Origin: a virus
Taxonomy: Duplodnaviria > Caudoviricetes
Direction: 5' to 3' (one strand)
Length of the DNA stretch: 47,220 nt
Virus record (IMG/VR): IMGVR_UViG_3300049846_000516
Coordinates: 1 to 47,220 of that record
The notes under the pieces are model-generated. The model saw nothing but the letters and a program-made list of their open reading frames with translations, searched no databases and had not been told where the DNA came from. Shown here piece after piece: positions 34,538-44,961 of this stretch. The first letter of the stretch is position 1. Every line of letters starts with the position of its first letter. Position numbers and translations under genes: made by a program.

Positions 34538-36250
34538 TTATGCTCCCACCATAATGCTGTAAGGGATAGCCCAACCAAGGAGGTGGAAGTCTTTCCCTTC
34601 TTCTGATTCGAATCTCAGACTTACAGCATGCCCTTTACCACGGACCTGATTGATGGTCTGTACCACATCAGTACCGTACTCGAACGGGCCGATCCCAGTG
34701 GGGATCCAATGCCTATTAAGTCTGTAGATCTGTTGAGATTCTGACCACCTACCTGAATCTGCAGAGTCAGTCCAGTCCCACTTAGCACGCATGTAGCAGC
34801 TAGAGGGGTAGTCAAAAGTTAATTCGTTGTTTTCATCCAGTACTGTTTCAGTCTCAGTACGTTTAAAGAATGCATAGATAGTATTTGTTTCTTTCTCAGA
34901 AATCAGATCGCCAGAAAGATCGTACCCCATTTCTATATAAGACTCGTAGTTCTCACCGCCTGTCTCTTCTTGCCAATCGTACGGAACATCGTTCTTGTAC
35001 TCAGAGAATGTGTACTTGTAGTTCGAGTTAGCCTGCTCTAAGAACGTAAGGAGTTTGATCTTGACTTCTGCTGTGACAGCGGTGGTGATAGTCTGAGTCA
35101 CGGTTACTGCGCTATCTGTTACAAGGACATCAGCGTCATAGATGTTCTCAACCACACTCTCAAAGCTATTAGCCTTCTTCTGTGCAGCAGCAGAGATGAA
35201 CGGGAGTCCAGCACTAGCATCCATACTGTACGGGTAGAAAGTCTTTAGTACGATATCGAAGATCAGCGCCTTGTCGAACTTGTACCGCCAGTTCACCCCG
35301 TCGAATTCCGGGTCGCTATTATAGAACCAGAAGATCTTCTTGCTTTCTTCGTCGTAGAAGGCCCGAGCATTCGCCCTAGCGATAGGAGTTATATCGAGAT
35401 AATACGATAGAATAGTAGTATCAGTGATGTTTTGTGCAGTCAAGTATCCAGTTACCTGATCCTGGACTAGCACATATATGCCGCCTTGAGACCAGAAGAA
35501 CAAGGAGTTCTCTACTTCGATCGCGCTCTCTAGCCCTATACAACCTACACTAGTGATCTTCCTGATCTCTTGAGAGACTGCAGAGAAACTTTCGTCCCCA
35601 GACCCAGATACTCCCCACACGCCGTTGTCGGCCAGGATCACCATAGTGTTTCCTACTACAACCAGCTTTTGCGCCTTACCTATACCGGTGATATCAAGCG
35701 TGCCGCCATCTGTGGCCACAAGCTCATTGATATCTTCAGCAGTTGGGTCAGCTTCTTGATAGCACTTATCACAGCGAGATACTTCAGTCAGCACTTGAGA
35801 GTACAGAAGTTCGCCGAAAGGCATCAAGTACCAAACCCTACCTGTCATGAAGGCTACGGATATAGGGCGCTCATCTATCTGATCTCTAGTTGGATCGTAG
35901 ATGCTGGAAATATTGGCCGCCAATTGCCGATTCTTGTCGAAGTACGGAAGAATAAAATGCCCTTTAGCGGCAGGCGTGTTACCAAAGATCTGCTTCCTGA
36001 GTTCCCACGGAGAGTACACATTCAGCGCTTGCGGATCAGTGGCTGCAGCCATCTTGCTGTAATACATGATGTCTGCATTTGAAGGATAGTACCCATTAAT
36101 AGTCTTCGTATAGGATACAGGGTCGCCTTCAAACAGACCGTCGTCACCATCAATCTTATTAGGAAGCGAGCATCTAGTAGGCCACCCTTGATTGCGAAGA
36201 TTATAGTTATGCGCGGCCGTTAAAGTAGTAGGTCTGGTATCAACTGCCAT
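34538..36250 (-). CDS. Tail nozzle / tail tubular protein B, C-terminal part
   Basis: HNYNLRNQGW, beta-propeller-like repeats, C-terminal RGKG.A.SLRFESEEGKDFHLLGW. Confidence 0.75.
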   Translation of the reverse strand: MAVDTRPTTLTAAHNYNLRNQGWPTRCSLPNKIDGDDGLFEGDPVSYTKTINGYYPSNADIMYYSKMAAATDPQALNVYSPWELRKQIFGNTPAAKGHFILPYFDKNRQLAANISSIYDPTRDQIDERPISVAFMTGRVWYLMPFGELLYSQVLTEVSRCDKCYQEADPTAEDINELVATDGGTLDITGIGKAQKLVVVGNTMVILADNGVWGVSGSGDESFSAVSQEIRKITSVGCIGLESAIEVENSLFFWSQGGIYVLVQDQVTGYLTAQNITDTTILSYYLDITPIARANARAFYDEESKKIFWFYNSDPEFDGVNWRYKFDKALIFDIVLKTFYPYSMDASAGLPFISAAAQKKANSFESVVENIYDADVLVTDSAVTVTQTITTAVTAEVKIKLLTFLEQANSNYKYTFSEYKNDVPYDWQEETGGENYESYIEMGYDLSGDLISEKETNTIYAFFKRTETETVLDENNELTFDYPSSCYMRAKWDWTDSADSGRWSESQQIYRLNRHWIPTGIGPFEYGTDVVQTINQVRGKGHAVSLRFESEEGKDFHLLGWAIPYSIMVGA

Positions 36251-36252
36251 TA

Positions 36253-36927
36253 TTAAATCCTAGGGAACCAGTTACTGAAGTCAGGGATCTCGAGCGGGAA
36301 CGGAACATCGTACACGTTATCAGCAGGATCAAGAGCAGCTGGCGGGGTAACGTCATCCCCAAATACCGGCGGGGATTCATCATCTTCTGGAATACCATCA
36401 ATGTCCCGAACCTTCAGCGTTAGCTTCACACCGGTAAAGGATTGAGTATCTTTATCGTACGAAATGTATGCCGGAGAAATCCCTCTGCTTACAATGAACA
36501 GCTTACCCTTTCCAGCAGCTGCACTGATAGGCGCAGTATGATCTACAGCATCCCCTATCCTAATAGGAGTTAGATCTATCTTTCCAAGATAAGATGAGGA
36601 TACTGAATCGTTTCCAAGATTATGGAAGTACAAATAGTGCCCTATCTGAATAACAAGAAAGTTCAGGCTATCATCGCCCTGAACAGATTGCCACTCATGC
36701 ACAGTAACAGCGGATTCGGCCAATAGCGTAGGATCGAACTCCTCGTCGGAGTACTCGTACCCCACTTCATATTCTAACCCGCGTCTACGCCGAGCACTAC
36801 CGTCGCGATTCAGATCTATATTTAGCAGATCCTTCGCTGAGTTCTCAGGATAAGTAAGCGGGCTAGCCTCTGTATTGAGACCGCCCGCTAACGTTACTAC
36901 ATTCTTTCGTGTTGCCTGTCGCGGCAT
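36253..36927 (-). CDS. Tail nozzle / tail tubular protein B, N-terminal part
   Basis: GGLNTEASPLTYPEN...N.DL.RDGS.RRRRGL.YE N-terminal motif. Confidence 0.7.
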   Translation of the reverse strand: MPRQATRKNVVTLAGGLNTEASPLTYPENSAKDLLNIDLNRDGSARRRRGLEYEVGYEYSDEEFDPTLLAESAVTVHEWQSVQGDDSLNFLVIQIGHYLYFHNLGNDSVSSSYLGKIDLTPIRIGDAVDHTAPISAAAGKGKLFIVSRGISPAYISYDKDTQSFTGVKLTLKVRDIDGIPEDDESPPVFGDDVTPPAALDPADNVYDVPFPLEIPDFSNWFPRI

Positions 36928-36929
36928 AA

Positions 36930-37403
36930 TTAGCCTGCCTTACGAGCCTTTTCCCAAAGCTCATGGAGATGCACCCGAGCCGCTACTTCAGCCTTATCGA
37001 ATGTGGTGTACCAACCAGTAAGGTGTGCCGGCATACTGCCGCCGTCCCTCCAATTGAGTTGATAGCCTACACCATCCTGCTTCTTAGTTACTTGAAGAGA
37101 ATTCCCAGTGGGGGAAGTCCCTACCACAGTAGCCACCCAATCATCGCCTTCGCCAAAGAAGTTCTGGCCAATGAATCCGGAATCACTACGAGCTACGCGC
37201 TCGCGCGGGAGCTCTTCTTCCGTGGGCTCACGGAATGTTACTTCTTCTTGTTTTTTGGGCGCATTATCGGGGGCCGCTTCTTCTTGGGGAAGAAAATCAT
37301 ATTGATCCTCCAACGGAATCTCAGTATCTTGCGAGGGAGTCTCGAATACTTCCTCTTGTTCCATCTTCGCTTCGGACATAATTGTAAGGTCCTGGTCTTC
37401 CAT
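36930..37403 (-). CDS. Acidic hypothetical protein
   Basis: 157 aa, AGGAG RBS. Confidence 0.7.
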   Translation of the reverse strand: MEDQDLTIMSEAKMEQEEVFETPSQDTEIPLEDQYDFLPQEEAAPDNAPKKQEEVTFREPTEEELPRERVARSDSGFIGQNFFGEGDDWVATVVGTSPTGNSLQVTKKQDGVGYQLNWRDGGSMPAHLTGWYTTFDKAEVAARVHLHELWEKARKAG

Positions 37404-38145
37404 AATTTACTTTGCTCCTTGTTGCGCTGATCTTACGGGCATCCTTTCTAAGGCGGGAGATCCCACGTGCAGCGCGTTGTTCATCTTTAATCGATTGTCC
37501 TTGCTTCCAATACGTGAATGCGGAGGCAGTTACCTCTGCCACGTACGTGCTGAACATCTGGTCTGGCATGTCCGGGATGAAGGAATCAGCACTAGTCCAC
37601 GGCGGGATGTACTTAGCCAACACCGAAGACTTATCTTGCAGAAGAGTATCAGAGATATCAGAGTCGTACGAGTCGAACACGATATGTTCGTCATCGAACG
37701 TAGTCCAGTACGTCGGGGCGATATCATTCAGAATGAATAGCACCGTGCCGCCGTAATCTTCTATCTCATCTATGTTAGTATCATCTGTATTACGCAGATA
37801 GACATGATCGAGGAAATCGTTAGGATCAAGATACATAACAGTCCTGAACTGTCGACGGGTGTCGTCCGTCGTCGTCGTCTCATATTTGATCTCATCAATA
37901 CGTACTACATCTTCGGGAATGACCAAGTAATTCGGATGATCGATATCTTCGGTCGGCTCAAGCGTGATCAGCTTCATCAAATGAGGCCAATCTTCACGAT
38001 CCATGAGCTCGTAGTACACTACTCGAGCTTCTTCCGCGATCTGTCTGGACTCGATAGTATCCGAGATACTATTCACACTGTCGTGGTTCATAGCATCCAG
38101 AGTACGCTGGACGATCTGAAGAAGAGACATCCTATTCCGTGCCAT
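37321..38145 (-). CDS. Tail adaptor / tail tubular protein A
   Basis: SLLQIVQ..L..M..D.VNSISDT.ES.QIA motif; position after the head genes. Confidence 0.8.
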   Translation of the reverse strand: MARNRMSLLQIVQRTLDAMNHDSVNSISDTIESRQIAEEARVVYYELMDREDWPHLMKLITLEPTEDIDHPNYLVIPEDVVRIDEIKYETTTTDDTRRQFRTVMYLDPNDFLDHVYLRNTDDTNIDEIEDYGGTVLFILNDIAPTYWTTFDDEHIVFDSYDSDISDTLLQDKSSVLAKYIPPWTSADSFIPDMPDQMFSTYVAEVTASAFTYWKQGQSIKDEQRAARGISRLRKDARKISATRSKVNYGRPGPYNYVRSEDGTRGSIRDSLARY

Positions 38146-38147
38146 GA

Positions 38148-38642
38148 TTAAACCTTAGTGAATACGAGAGTGCAGAACACATCCGCTGCAGTGCTAGTGC
38201 CGCCATCAGATGTGATAGTAATTTTATCGCCAGCTACCACAGTATTATTGTTTGTGATAGTGACAGAGTCGATATCGCCCGCAGCAGAACCGCTGTAAGC
38301 TATAGTGATAGTGGCAGGGGTGGTGCTCACGCCGCCGATAGCCACAGTAAGTACTGCATCTGCCGTAGCAATTGCTTGATCGATAGCAGTATAAACCTTA
38401 GTGATAGTGCCATCAAATGGGGCCACTACGTACGCTACGTTAGTACCGCCAACATCTTTAAGTTTTGCGGTGAGCGCATAAGTCTTGTCGGAGATCTCAG
38501 TCTCCGTAAGCTGACGGAGTTCACCAACCCCAGCATCAGTGCTAGAGGGGGTGATGACTTTGCCAGCGTCACCAGTACCGGCAGAGTCGATAAGCTTGCA
38601 TTCGTGCAAGGATGCGCCAGTTAAGTCTCTATGTTCAGCCAT
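38148..38642 (-). CDS. Virion structural protein (beta-rich)
   Basis: 164 aa, T/A/V-rich; position in the structural arm. Confidence 0.65.
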   Translation of the reverse strand: MAEHRDLTGASLHECKLIDSAGTGDAGKVITPSSTDAGVGELRQLTETEISDKTYALTAKLKDVGGTNVAYVVAPFDGTITKVYTAIDQAIATADAVLTVAIGGVSTTPATITIAYSGSAAGDIDSVTITNNNTVVAGDKITITSDGGTSTAADVFCTLVFTKV

Positions 38643-38727
38643 ATTTAATTCTCTTTGAATGGTCGGGGGCCGACCCTAGAGTCCGAGGCAGCTGAGCTGC
38701 GACCCCCGTTTGACCATTAGTTCGCTA

Positions 38728-39294
38728 TTACAGCGAACCTACGATGGAGTCGACCGGTTCAGTCGGAGTGCTGTCCGGGGTCGGCTTCAGGTACCATACC
38801 GTCAGCTGAGCCAGGCCAGAGTCCCAAGCGCCCGTGTCGAGGTCTACGTTGATGTAGCCATCAGACGAACCGATGTGGTCCACACCGTTCACCAGAGCAC
38901 CGCCGTACGTAGCTACGTCACCCTCAACTACTTGAGGAGCCGTGAGCTGGCCCGACGCTTCCGTCAGACCTGCGAACAGACCGTCTACGTCGATTGCCGT
39001 GCCGGCGCTGTTAACGAGACCAATAGTCATCGTCGGGTTAGCGTCAGCATCTGCAAACGTCGAGAGGACGTTCAGGGTTGCTTTAGTGATGTACGAACCT
39101 GCAGGAATCGCCGTGTCCTTGGAAATACGAGCCGTGCCCGAAGCCAGAGGCATCGCGGCATAGTTGATTTCCATGACGAGCATCTCTTCGTTCCCTTGGG
39201 TACGAACAGTGCCAGCGTTCTTGTTTCGCGAAGTCCGACGACCGTAGCCAACGCTGAGGCCATCGTTATTAGTCCACGTAGTTGCACGCGTCAT
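38728..39294 (-). CDS. Putative head decoration/minor capsid protein
   Basis: Directly follows the capsid gene; AGGAGG RBS; IPAGSYIT.A motif. Confidence 0.6.
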   Translation of the reverse strand: MTRATTWTNNDGLSVGYGRRTSRNKNAGTVRTQGNEEMLVMEINYAAMPLASGTARISKDTAIPAGSYITKATLNVLSTFADADANPTMTIGLVNSAGTAIDVDGLFAGLTEASGQLTAPQVVEGDVATYGGALVNGVDHIGSSDGYINVDLDTGAWDSGLAQLTVWYLKPTPDSTPTEPVDSIVGSL

Positions 39295-39306
39295 AATAGC
39301 CTCCTA

Positions 39307-40275
39307 TTAGCTAAGGGTGGTCGACGAGACCATGCACACCAGGTTCTCCGGACGGTACAGCGCAAGGCCGAAACGTGCCGACATCTGGTGGTATTCAGTC
39401 TCTTTGTCTTCATCCCGCCACGACTTAATCGTGGGACGGCGACGCCATGCACCGATGAACGGCAGATTCTGGCGGTCCGAGGCCGAGAAGAAAACGTTAA
39501 CGACATCGCTTACTGCGCCCGCCGTCGTGTTGCCTTGGTAGTCCGTCAGAGACGATTCAGCCGAGGTCAGGACGTCGAGGTAGTTCGAGGTATACAGGTC
39601 AACACCGTAGATGTTACGGATGAAGCGGTAGCCACTTCCGATACCAGTGTTGATGATACCTTGGTACATCGGGTTCTCCGATGTAACTACTTGCGAGCTG
39701 ATGTTCGTGTTGAATTCGAACGACGGGTCAACGATACCGACGATTGCGGTGTTGCCTGCGTTAGCCTTCTTCAGAACATAGTTCACGTAAGCGAGGTCTT
39801 GGATGGTGATTACGCGGCTCGAGCCATTCGCCGTGAAGCGGTGGTAAGCGCCGTTAATCGTGTTGGAGTTGTTAGCCGTTTGTTCAGCTTGCAGATGCAG
39901 AACGCGCGTTTCCATATATTCTTGGAATGCACGGTTCATGCGATCCGGCAGTGTGCTGAGAACTTGCGGGGCCATGAAGTCGTCTTCCAGGAAGACGTCG
40001 GTGAAAGCCGTCTTAACGCCAACGAATTCGTTGATGTTAAATACGAACTGACCCGAGTCAGGACGACGATCCGGCAGGCTAGTTGCTTCAGCCATTTGGT
40101 CAATCGTGAGTTCGCCAACAGAGTTGATCTTGTAGTTCGCTCCGTCGGTGAAATCGCCGATATAGTTAACCCACTGCTCAGCGAACACATCATCGCGCAG
40201 AACTTCCTTCAACTGGGTGTTGAAGATTTCGTTGCGATGAAAATGGTTATTACCCCATGTGCTATCAAGTGCCAT
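39307..40275 (-). CDS. Major capsid protein
   Basis: 322 aa after the scaffold; strong codon bias; C-terminal RFGLALYRPENLV. Confidence 0.85.
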   Translation of the reverse strand: MALDSTWGNNHFHRNEIFNTQLKEVLRDDVFAEQWVNYIGDFTDGANYKINSVGELTIDQMAEATSLPDRRPDSGQFVFNINEFVGVKTAFTDVFLEDDFMAPQVLSTLPDRMNRAFQEYMETRVLHLQAEQTANNSNTINGAYHRFTANGSSRVITIQDLAYVNYVLKKANAGNTAIVGIVDPSFEFNTNISSQVVTSENPMYQGIINTGIGSGYRFIRNIYGVDLYTSNYLDVLTSAESSLTDYQGNTTAGAVSDVVNVFFSASDRQNLPFIGAWRRRPTIKSWRDEDKETEYHQMSARFGLALYRPENLVCMVSSTTLS

Positions 40276-40285
40276 GGTTTATATC

Positions 40286-41053
40286 CTATATTGTGTTACC
40301 GAAGGTAGACCCGCTTTTCTTTGCCTTCTCCAGGATATGCATCCTGTACCGAGATTGGAAATCAGGATCAGCCCACACACGCTTAGCATCGTTACCTTCC
40401 GGAGTATTCCGGAATCGAAGGGTGCTAATCTTTGTGAAATAAGCTTCCGTCTCCGCATCGGCATTAGCCGGCACGTATTGCGAGCCCGTGGTTGGTGCTG
40501 CAGTCCTAGTCTTGTTCGGACTAACCAGTTCCATGAACGCGTTCGGGGAGGTCTTAGCGAGCTCCTCGAGCTTAGTTACAGGGATGCCGAGCTCGGCAGC
40601 ACGCTGGTCCACATACACCGCGAACCCATCACCGTGACGCTCTTTGAGCATCCCGATGGACGTGTTCCAGTTCTGCATCTCAGCCGCTTGCTGTTGCGCA
40701 GCAGTCAGTTCCGAGAAGACTTCAGTCTTCAGCTTATTGAGCAGCTCTTGTTGATCTATCTGCGGGGATGTCGTCCCAGGCTGATTAGATTCTTGTTGCC
40801 GCATAGCGTCAAGAAGATCATCAATCGAACGCGCTTTCGCGAGTTCTTCTTGTGCACGTTGAAGTTCTGCCCGCATAGCGGCCGTCTCAGACTCTAGAGT
40901 CTTGATGTGGTCCTGTGCAAAAGCATTCTGCTTCACGATACGTGCGATGTCCTCTGAGCTAAACGAACCGCCTTGAGTTGTACCTTGGTCAGATCCGAAC
41001 TTAGCTTGGTTCGTAGTACCGGTGTCCCCGGTGTTCTGGTTGTCGCCAGTCAT
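40286..41053 (-). CDS. Head scaffolding protein
   Basis: Coiled coil (AQDHIKTLESE), between portal and capsid. Confidence 0.75.
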   Translation of the reverse strand: MTGDNQNTGDTGTTNQAKFGSDQGTTQGGSFSSEDIARIVKQNAFAQDHIKTLESETAAMRAELQRAQEELAKARSIDDLLDAMRQQESNQPGTTSPQIDQQELLNKLKTEVFSELTAAQQQAAEMQNWNTSIGMLKERHGDGFAVYVDQRAAELGIPVTKLEELAKTSPNAFMELVSPNKTRTAAPTTGSQYVPANADAETEAYFTKISTLRFRNTPEGNDAKRVWADPDFQSRYRMHILEKAKKSGSTFGNTI

Positions 41054-41295
41054 TTCGATTCCTCATCGAGAATAAGATGGAGTACTTGTCGGTGCCCTCG
41101 TCTAGCCCCGACCTCCTTTAAATAAAGAGGAAGAGAGTCGTGCTCCAAAGATTCCTCTGCTTTATAAGATCTTTCGATCTCTTCACGAAGAAAGGTACGT
41201 AGCTGCTTGGCTAGTACGCTTCCTTTGATTTCTTTCTCAAGCTGCTTCAGTTGTTCTTCAGTCAGTCCACGAGAGAGGAGTGTTGAAATTCTCAA
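41050..41295 (-). CDS. Hypothetical protein
   Basis: 81 aa, coupled to portal and scaffold genes. Confidence 0.7.
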   Translation of the reverse strand: MRISTLLSRGLTEEQLKQLEKEIKGSVLAKQLRTFLREEIERSYKAEESLEHDSLPLYLKEVGARRGHRQVLHLILDEESK

Positions 41296-43061
41296 GGCAT
41301 CTCTTCCGGACTTACTGCCGCTTGCTCTACGGCTAATTGTTCTTGTGCTGCAGACTGTAGTCTAGCTAATTCAAGCTGTTCTTCAATGCGACCGTACTTC
41401 TTAAAGAGTTCAAGCCGCTTGAAGCCGAGGAGATCCTCCCAAGCTCGTGCAAGATTCTCAGCGGGGAAGTGTTGCTGCAGCATTGGATCGCCAGCCATAG
41501 CTTGGCTGAATTGCATCAGATTCTGTACTAGCGTAGCTTCTCGTGCAAAGTGTCGAGCGCCAATGGGAACTAGAGTTCCATTAGATGCGAGATCTGCTTT
41601 GGTTATTTGCAGGAACTCAGTGACGCCGAAGTCGTCATCTATGATACGAACAAGATCAGTGCCGTCGATATTCAATCGAGAGATTTCTATCTCGTCGTTA
41701 ATTACTTTTTCAAGGAATTCAGATTCGAAATACTGAGTCTTATTCTGGAATATACGGCCTGCAGCGTTCTGCAAAGAGTTAACTTCGAATGCCGTCTTCT
41801 CGCCGGGGGTACGGATGCCCATAGCCTCACGAGGAGCACCAGCGTACTCTTCCATCTGCTGTTCTTTGCGCTGGATCTGGAAATCAGCATTCATTACAGT
41901 GGTATCAGGCGCGAGATATCGAACATCTCCACCAATACTCGGGTCATTCACGTAGTAATCGACCGCGCCCCCACGGTTTTCGATGTCTACGTCACCTTTG
42001 ATCACTCTATCAGGGTCAATCATCTGATCGAATGCATCAGCGCGAGCATTCTCGAGGTGGTCAATCAGGTATTGCATGCCCACTAGGTTATCAAGCGGGC
42101 CCATTGCCCACAGATTGTCGGGGCGGAGCCTCCATCCACAGTGATGAATGTATGGACGCCCGCTCCACGTGTTCAAAGGTTCATTTCGAATCACATACAT
42201 CCTGTCAACTACAGTAATTACGTGATTTTTGTAGAATACGCCTTCACTAGTGTCGTAAATATCGCCGTAGAACTCAAGAATCTCGACGTATCCAGACTTG
42301 AAGTACACAGATGCACTGCCAAAGCCGTCGTATTGCATCTGGATGTGCTTATTGATTGACGTATCGGTGAAATTTTTGAGGATTTCACGATGCTTAGTAA
42401 CTGTATTAATGATTTCGCGAGAGTATCCAAGCGTAGGATTCTCTTCAAGGTCCCTGTGAAGCTCGCCGAGCGTCTTCAAACAGTGGATAATTTTGGGAGT
42501 GGACTTAAAATCAGTCGCTAGCGGATTAAAAACAATGTCATCCGGGGAGATTCGGTACACTTTGGGCCCGACGTACCCCTGAATTGCTTCGCCTGACTCA
42601 GGATTTACATGGTATTCTTGTACATAAGTGATACCGGCGAAGCAGTTACCGTATAGAATCCAGTCATTAATTAGCTTTTGAACTTCATTTTCAAAGCCGT
42701 TCATGCGGTGCTTTGTTTGAATGTAGGCAAGAACAGCCTGCTTCTTATCGAAAGCCTCAGCTTGCGGATCATGCCCTTGGAATTTCAACCAGTCTTCATG
42801 AGGAAATAATGCACTCATGTAGTTCGCAGAGAGGTTATCAAAGATCTGCGCAACCTTCGGGATGTGCGTACTATGCGCATGTGCGTTAACTACGTTCGTA
42901 GTTTCTCGTGTGCTAGTAGCATACACGTACTTCTTATTTTCTTCTACGCGTGCCCGCCACTCAGAGCGTGCGCCGTTCCATGTATTCCAGAGACCGGCGA
43001 TCTCAGTAGCGATCGGCTGCTCAGGAATCAATTCAAAATCTAGTGTATTCGCACCGCTCAT
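41292..43061 (-). CDS. Portal protein
   Basis: 589 aa; RISPDDIVFNP, WAMGPLDNLVGMQY, GIRTPGEKTAFEV motifs of SIO1-like portals. Confidence 0.88.
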   Translation of the reverse strand: MSGANTLDFELIPEQPIATEIAGLWNTWNGARSEWRARVEENKKYVYATSTRETTNVVNAHAHSTHIPKVAQIFDNLSANYMSALFPHEDWLKFQGHDPQAEAFDKKQAVLAYIQTKHRMNGFENEVQKLINDWILYGNCFAGITYVQEYHVNPESGEAIQGYVGPKVYRISPDDIVFNPLATDFKSTPKIIHCLKTLGELHRDLEENPTLGYSREIINTVTKHREILKNFTDTSINKHIQMQYDGFGSASVYFKSGYVEILEFYGDIYDTSEGVFYKNHVITVVDRMYVIRNEPLNTWSGRPYIHHCGWRLRPDNLWAMGPLDNLVGMQYLIDHLENARADAFDQMIDPDRVIKGDVDIENRGGAVDYYVNDPSIGGDVRYLAPDTTVMNADFQIQRKEQQMEEYAGAPREAMGIRTPGEKTAFEVNSLQNAAGRIFQNKTQYFESEFLEKVINDEIEISRLNIDGTDLVRIIDDDFGVTEFLQITKADLASNGTLVPIGARHFAREATLVQNLMQFSQAMAGDPMLQQHFPAENLARAWEDLLGFKRLELFKKYGRIEEQLELARLQSAAQEQLAVEQAAVSPEEMP

Positions 43062-43345
43062 TTATGCATCGCTTCAATAATTTGTATTAATGTGTATATA
43101 CCGGCTATGACAGAGGGAACAGCTAGAACAAGGGTCTTTGCTTGTCGGGCCGTATTCCCATTTGCTTCAGTGATATCTCTAAGATTCTCAAGCTTATTAA
43201 TAGTAGTATCTTTGACATCGTCTACTTTCTTAAGTAGAGTCTTCATGTCATCATTATGCCTACCGAACTGAGAACTTAATACTGCTATATCTACTTCTAC
43301 TTTCTCTACCCGCCGTATAATATCGGAATGGGTAACTTCATTCAT
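43058..43345 (-). CDS. Coiled-coil protein with C-terminal TM helix
   Basis: 95 aa; XhlA-like architecture, function unproven. Confidence 0.55.
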   Translation of the reverse strand: MNEVTHSDIIRRVEKVEVDIAVLSSQFGRHNDDMKTLLKKVDDVKDTTINKLENLRDITEANGNTARQAKTLVLAVPSVIAGIYTLIQIIEAMHK

Positions 43346-44961
43346 CTACTGCGTACTCGTCCGCCGAACCGCCCAACAACCACGTTTGAGCGGGAGTTCA
43401 GATTATCGTAGTCCACTCCACGTCCAGCAGAGGGGGGTTTAGCGATACTCATAGCGGCAGTCAGAGCATCTTTGAGGTCGTCGTGACGCGGCTTAGCCGA
43501 CATTAGCTCTTCTTCGAGTGCCGGGATAAGTCCTCCGGAGTAATGTAGTACACCTTTGCCGTGGTACTTTGGTTCAAGGACTGCTGCCCAGTTCTCAACT
43601 TTACTACCGCTTCTGCTATTTTTGGCGCGTCTAACCACAACAAGAGAGTCTCCGTTTCTACGGATAAAATTTTCAACTTCTTGTGCAACGAGAGATCCCG
43701 CCGCATTTGTTTCGACAATGAGCTGACGGAAGAACCATCGTCGGTGCATCGCCGCGATACGCTCGTAGTAAGTGAGGAAGTCAGATGTTCTAAAGCGGTC
43801 AAGCTCCAGCACATAAATGAAACCGTCGGAATCAATACCGATAACAGCAATAGCTGTATAGTCTGCCCGCTCGCTCTCAGACCACGCCACATCCATTGCG
43901 GCGTAAACGTTAAGCTTTTTATTTTGGAAGTAAATCTTGTCATTCCGGACAGTAAGGTATTTCGAATCATAGTATTGAAACAGGCTCCTGCTAATCCGCT
44001 GCGTACCAACATCGTTCGGATCGTTATAGTACTGGGAAAAGAAATGAATCAATCCTTGGTGGGATACGTAATCTGCTTTAATCTTAGAAAGTTCTTTGAT
44101 ATCAAAGCCGAACCACTTCCCTGTATTGGGGCATTCGGTCCTAGGCCACAGGAATTTACCAGTGCCTAAGCGCTGAGGGGAGTCCTCAACAACTTTCTCC
44201 ATTACATCCCATGCCGGAATTTCTCCTTCGAAGTCTTGCTTCTCTTCATTCCATTGAGGGATAGTGGCATCAATCATCGATTGGTACGCATCCTCCGGAT
44301 GATACCGCGTGCCAACAGCCTTGATCCATCCACCAGCATTAAGGATAGAGCTATAATACCCAAGAGACCTAGCAAGTTCTCCCCTGCCAGTGGCAGTGTC
44401 AGCGAAAATGGGGACAACCACATCATCAAAGATAAGACCATCGCAGTGCAAACCGTGGGCATTACTCTTGACAGTCTTAATGAGCATCGTGTGATCTCGG
44501 ATGCTTCTTTCTCTCCGAGATGGATGGTCAACATCGAACGCGAAAGCGGACCACGTACCTCTCTCACCTTTAATACCTCGTTGTTCAGAGAACATCTCAG
44601 GCCAAAGAGATGTATAGATATCAGAAGTCATCATCTGTTTGATTGCAAACAGCTGGGCTTTAGCCAGATCGTCCTGTGACGCTAGATAAACTATTGTAGT
44701 CCACGGCTCATACGTGATCTTCCAAGTGCAATACACCGCGATACAATGACTCTTGAGGTGACCGCGAGGAAGCAATAGAAGCTGACGCTCATTAGCGTCA
44801 GGGGCAGACAGCCATGCGAATACATCGCGATGGATATCGCCGTACAGATACGCGGGATTGATTGTAGTCGCAAAAGCATAAAGGTTGTTCTCGCAAGCCT
44901 CGATGATCTCTTGCTGGTACGCCCGCTTCTGTTTATGAAGCTTCAGGAGTTCCGGAGTCAT
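43342..44961 (-). CDS. terL: Terminase large subunit
   Basis: LLPRGHLKS Walker A variant, IFDDVV Walker B, GTRYH, nuclease D motifs (AMDVA, ADYTA, HDDLKDA). Confidence 0.93.
   Translation of the reverse strand: MTPELLKLHKQKRAYQQEIIEACENNLYAFATTINPAYLYGDIHRDVFAWLSAPDANERQLLLLPRGHLKSHCIAVYCTWKITYEPWTTIVYLASQDDLAKAQLFAIKQMMTSDIYTSLWPEMFSEQRGIKGERGTWSAFAFDVDHPSRRERSIRDHTMLIKTVKSNAHGLHCDGLIFDDVVVPIFADTATGRGELARSLGYYSSILNAGGWIKAVGTRYHPEDAYQSMIDATIPQWNEEKQDFEGEIPAWDVMEKVVEDSPQRLGTGKFLWPRTECPNTGKWFGFDIKELSKIKADYVSHQGLIHFFSQYYNDPNDVGTQRISRSLFQYYDSKYLTVRNDKIYFQNKKLNVYAAMDVAWSESERADYTAIAVIGIDSDGFIYVLELDRFRTSDFLTYYERIAAMHRRWFFRQLIVETNAAGSLVAQEVENFIRRNGDSLVVVRRAKNSRSGSKVENWAAVLEPKYHGKGVLHYSGGLIPALEEELMSAKPRHDDLKDALTAAMSIAKPPSAGRGVDYDNLNSRSNVVVGRFGGRVRSR

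Noticed and set aside
38655-38712. Intrinsic terminator after the capsid/decoration genes
   Set aside because: A GC-rich branched stem is present but has no U-tract on the coding strand; it may be a stability element.
38710-40308. 532-aa plus-strand ORF
   Set aside because: Antisense shadow of the codon-biased capsid and decoration genes. The same applies to 45947-47128, 29473-30279 and similar ORFs.
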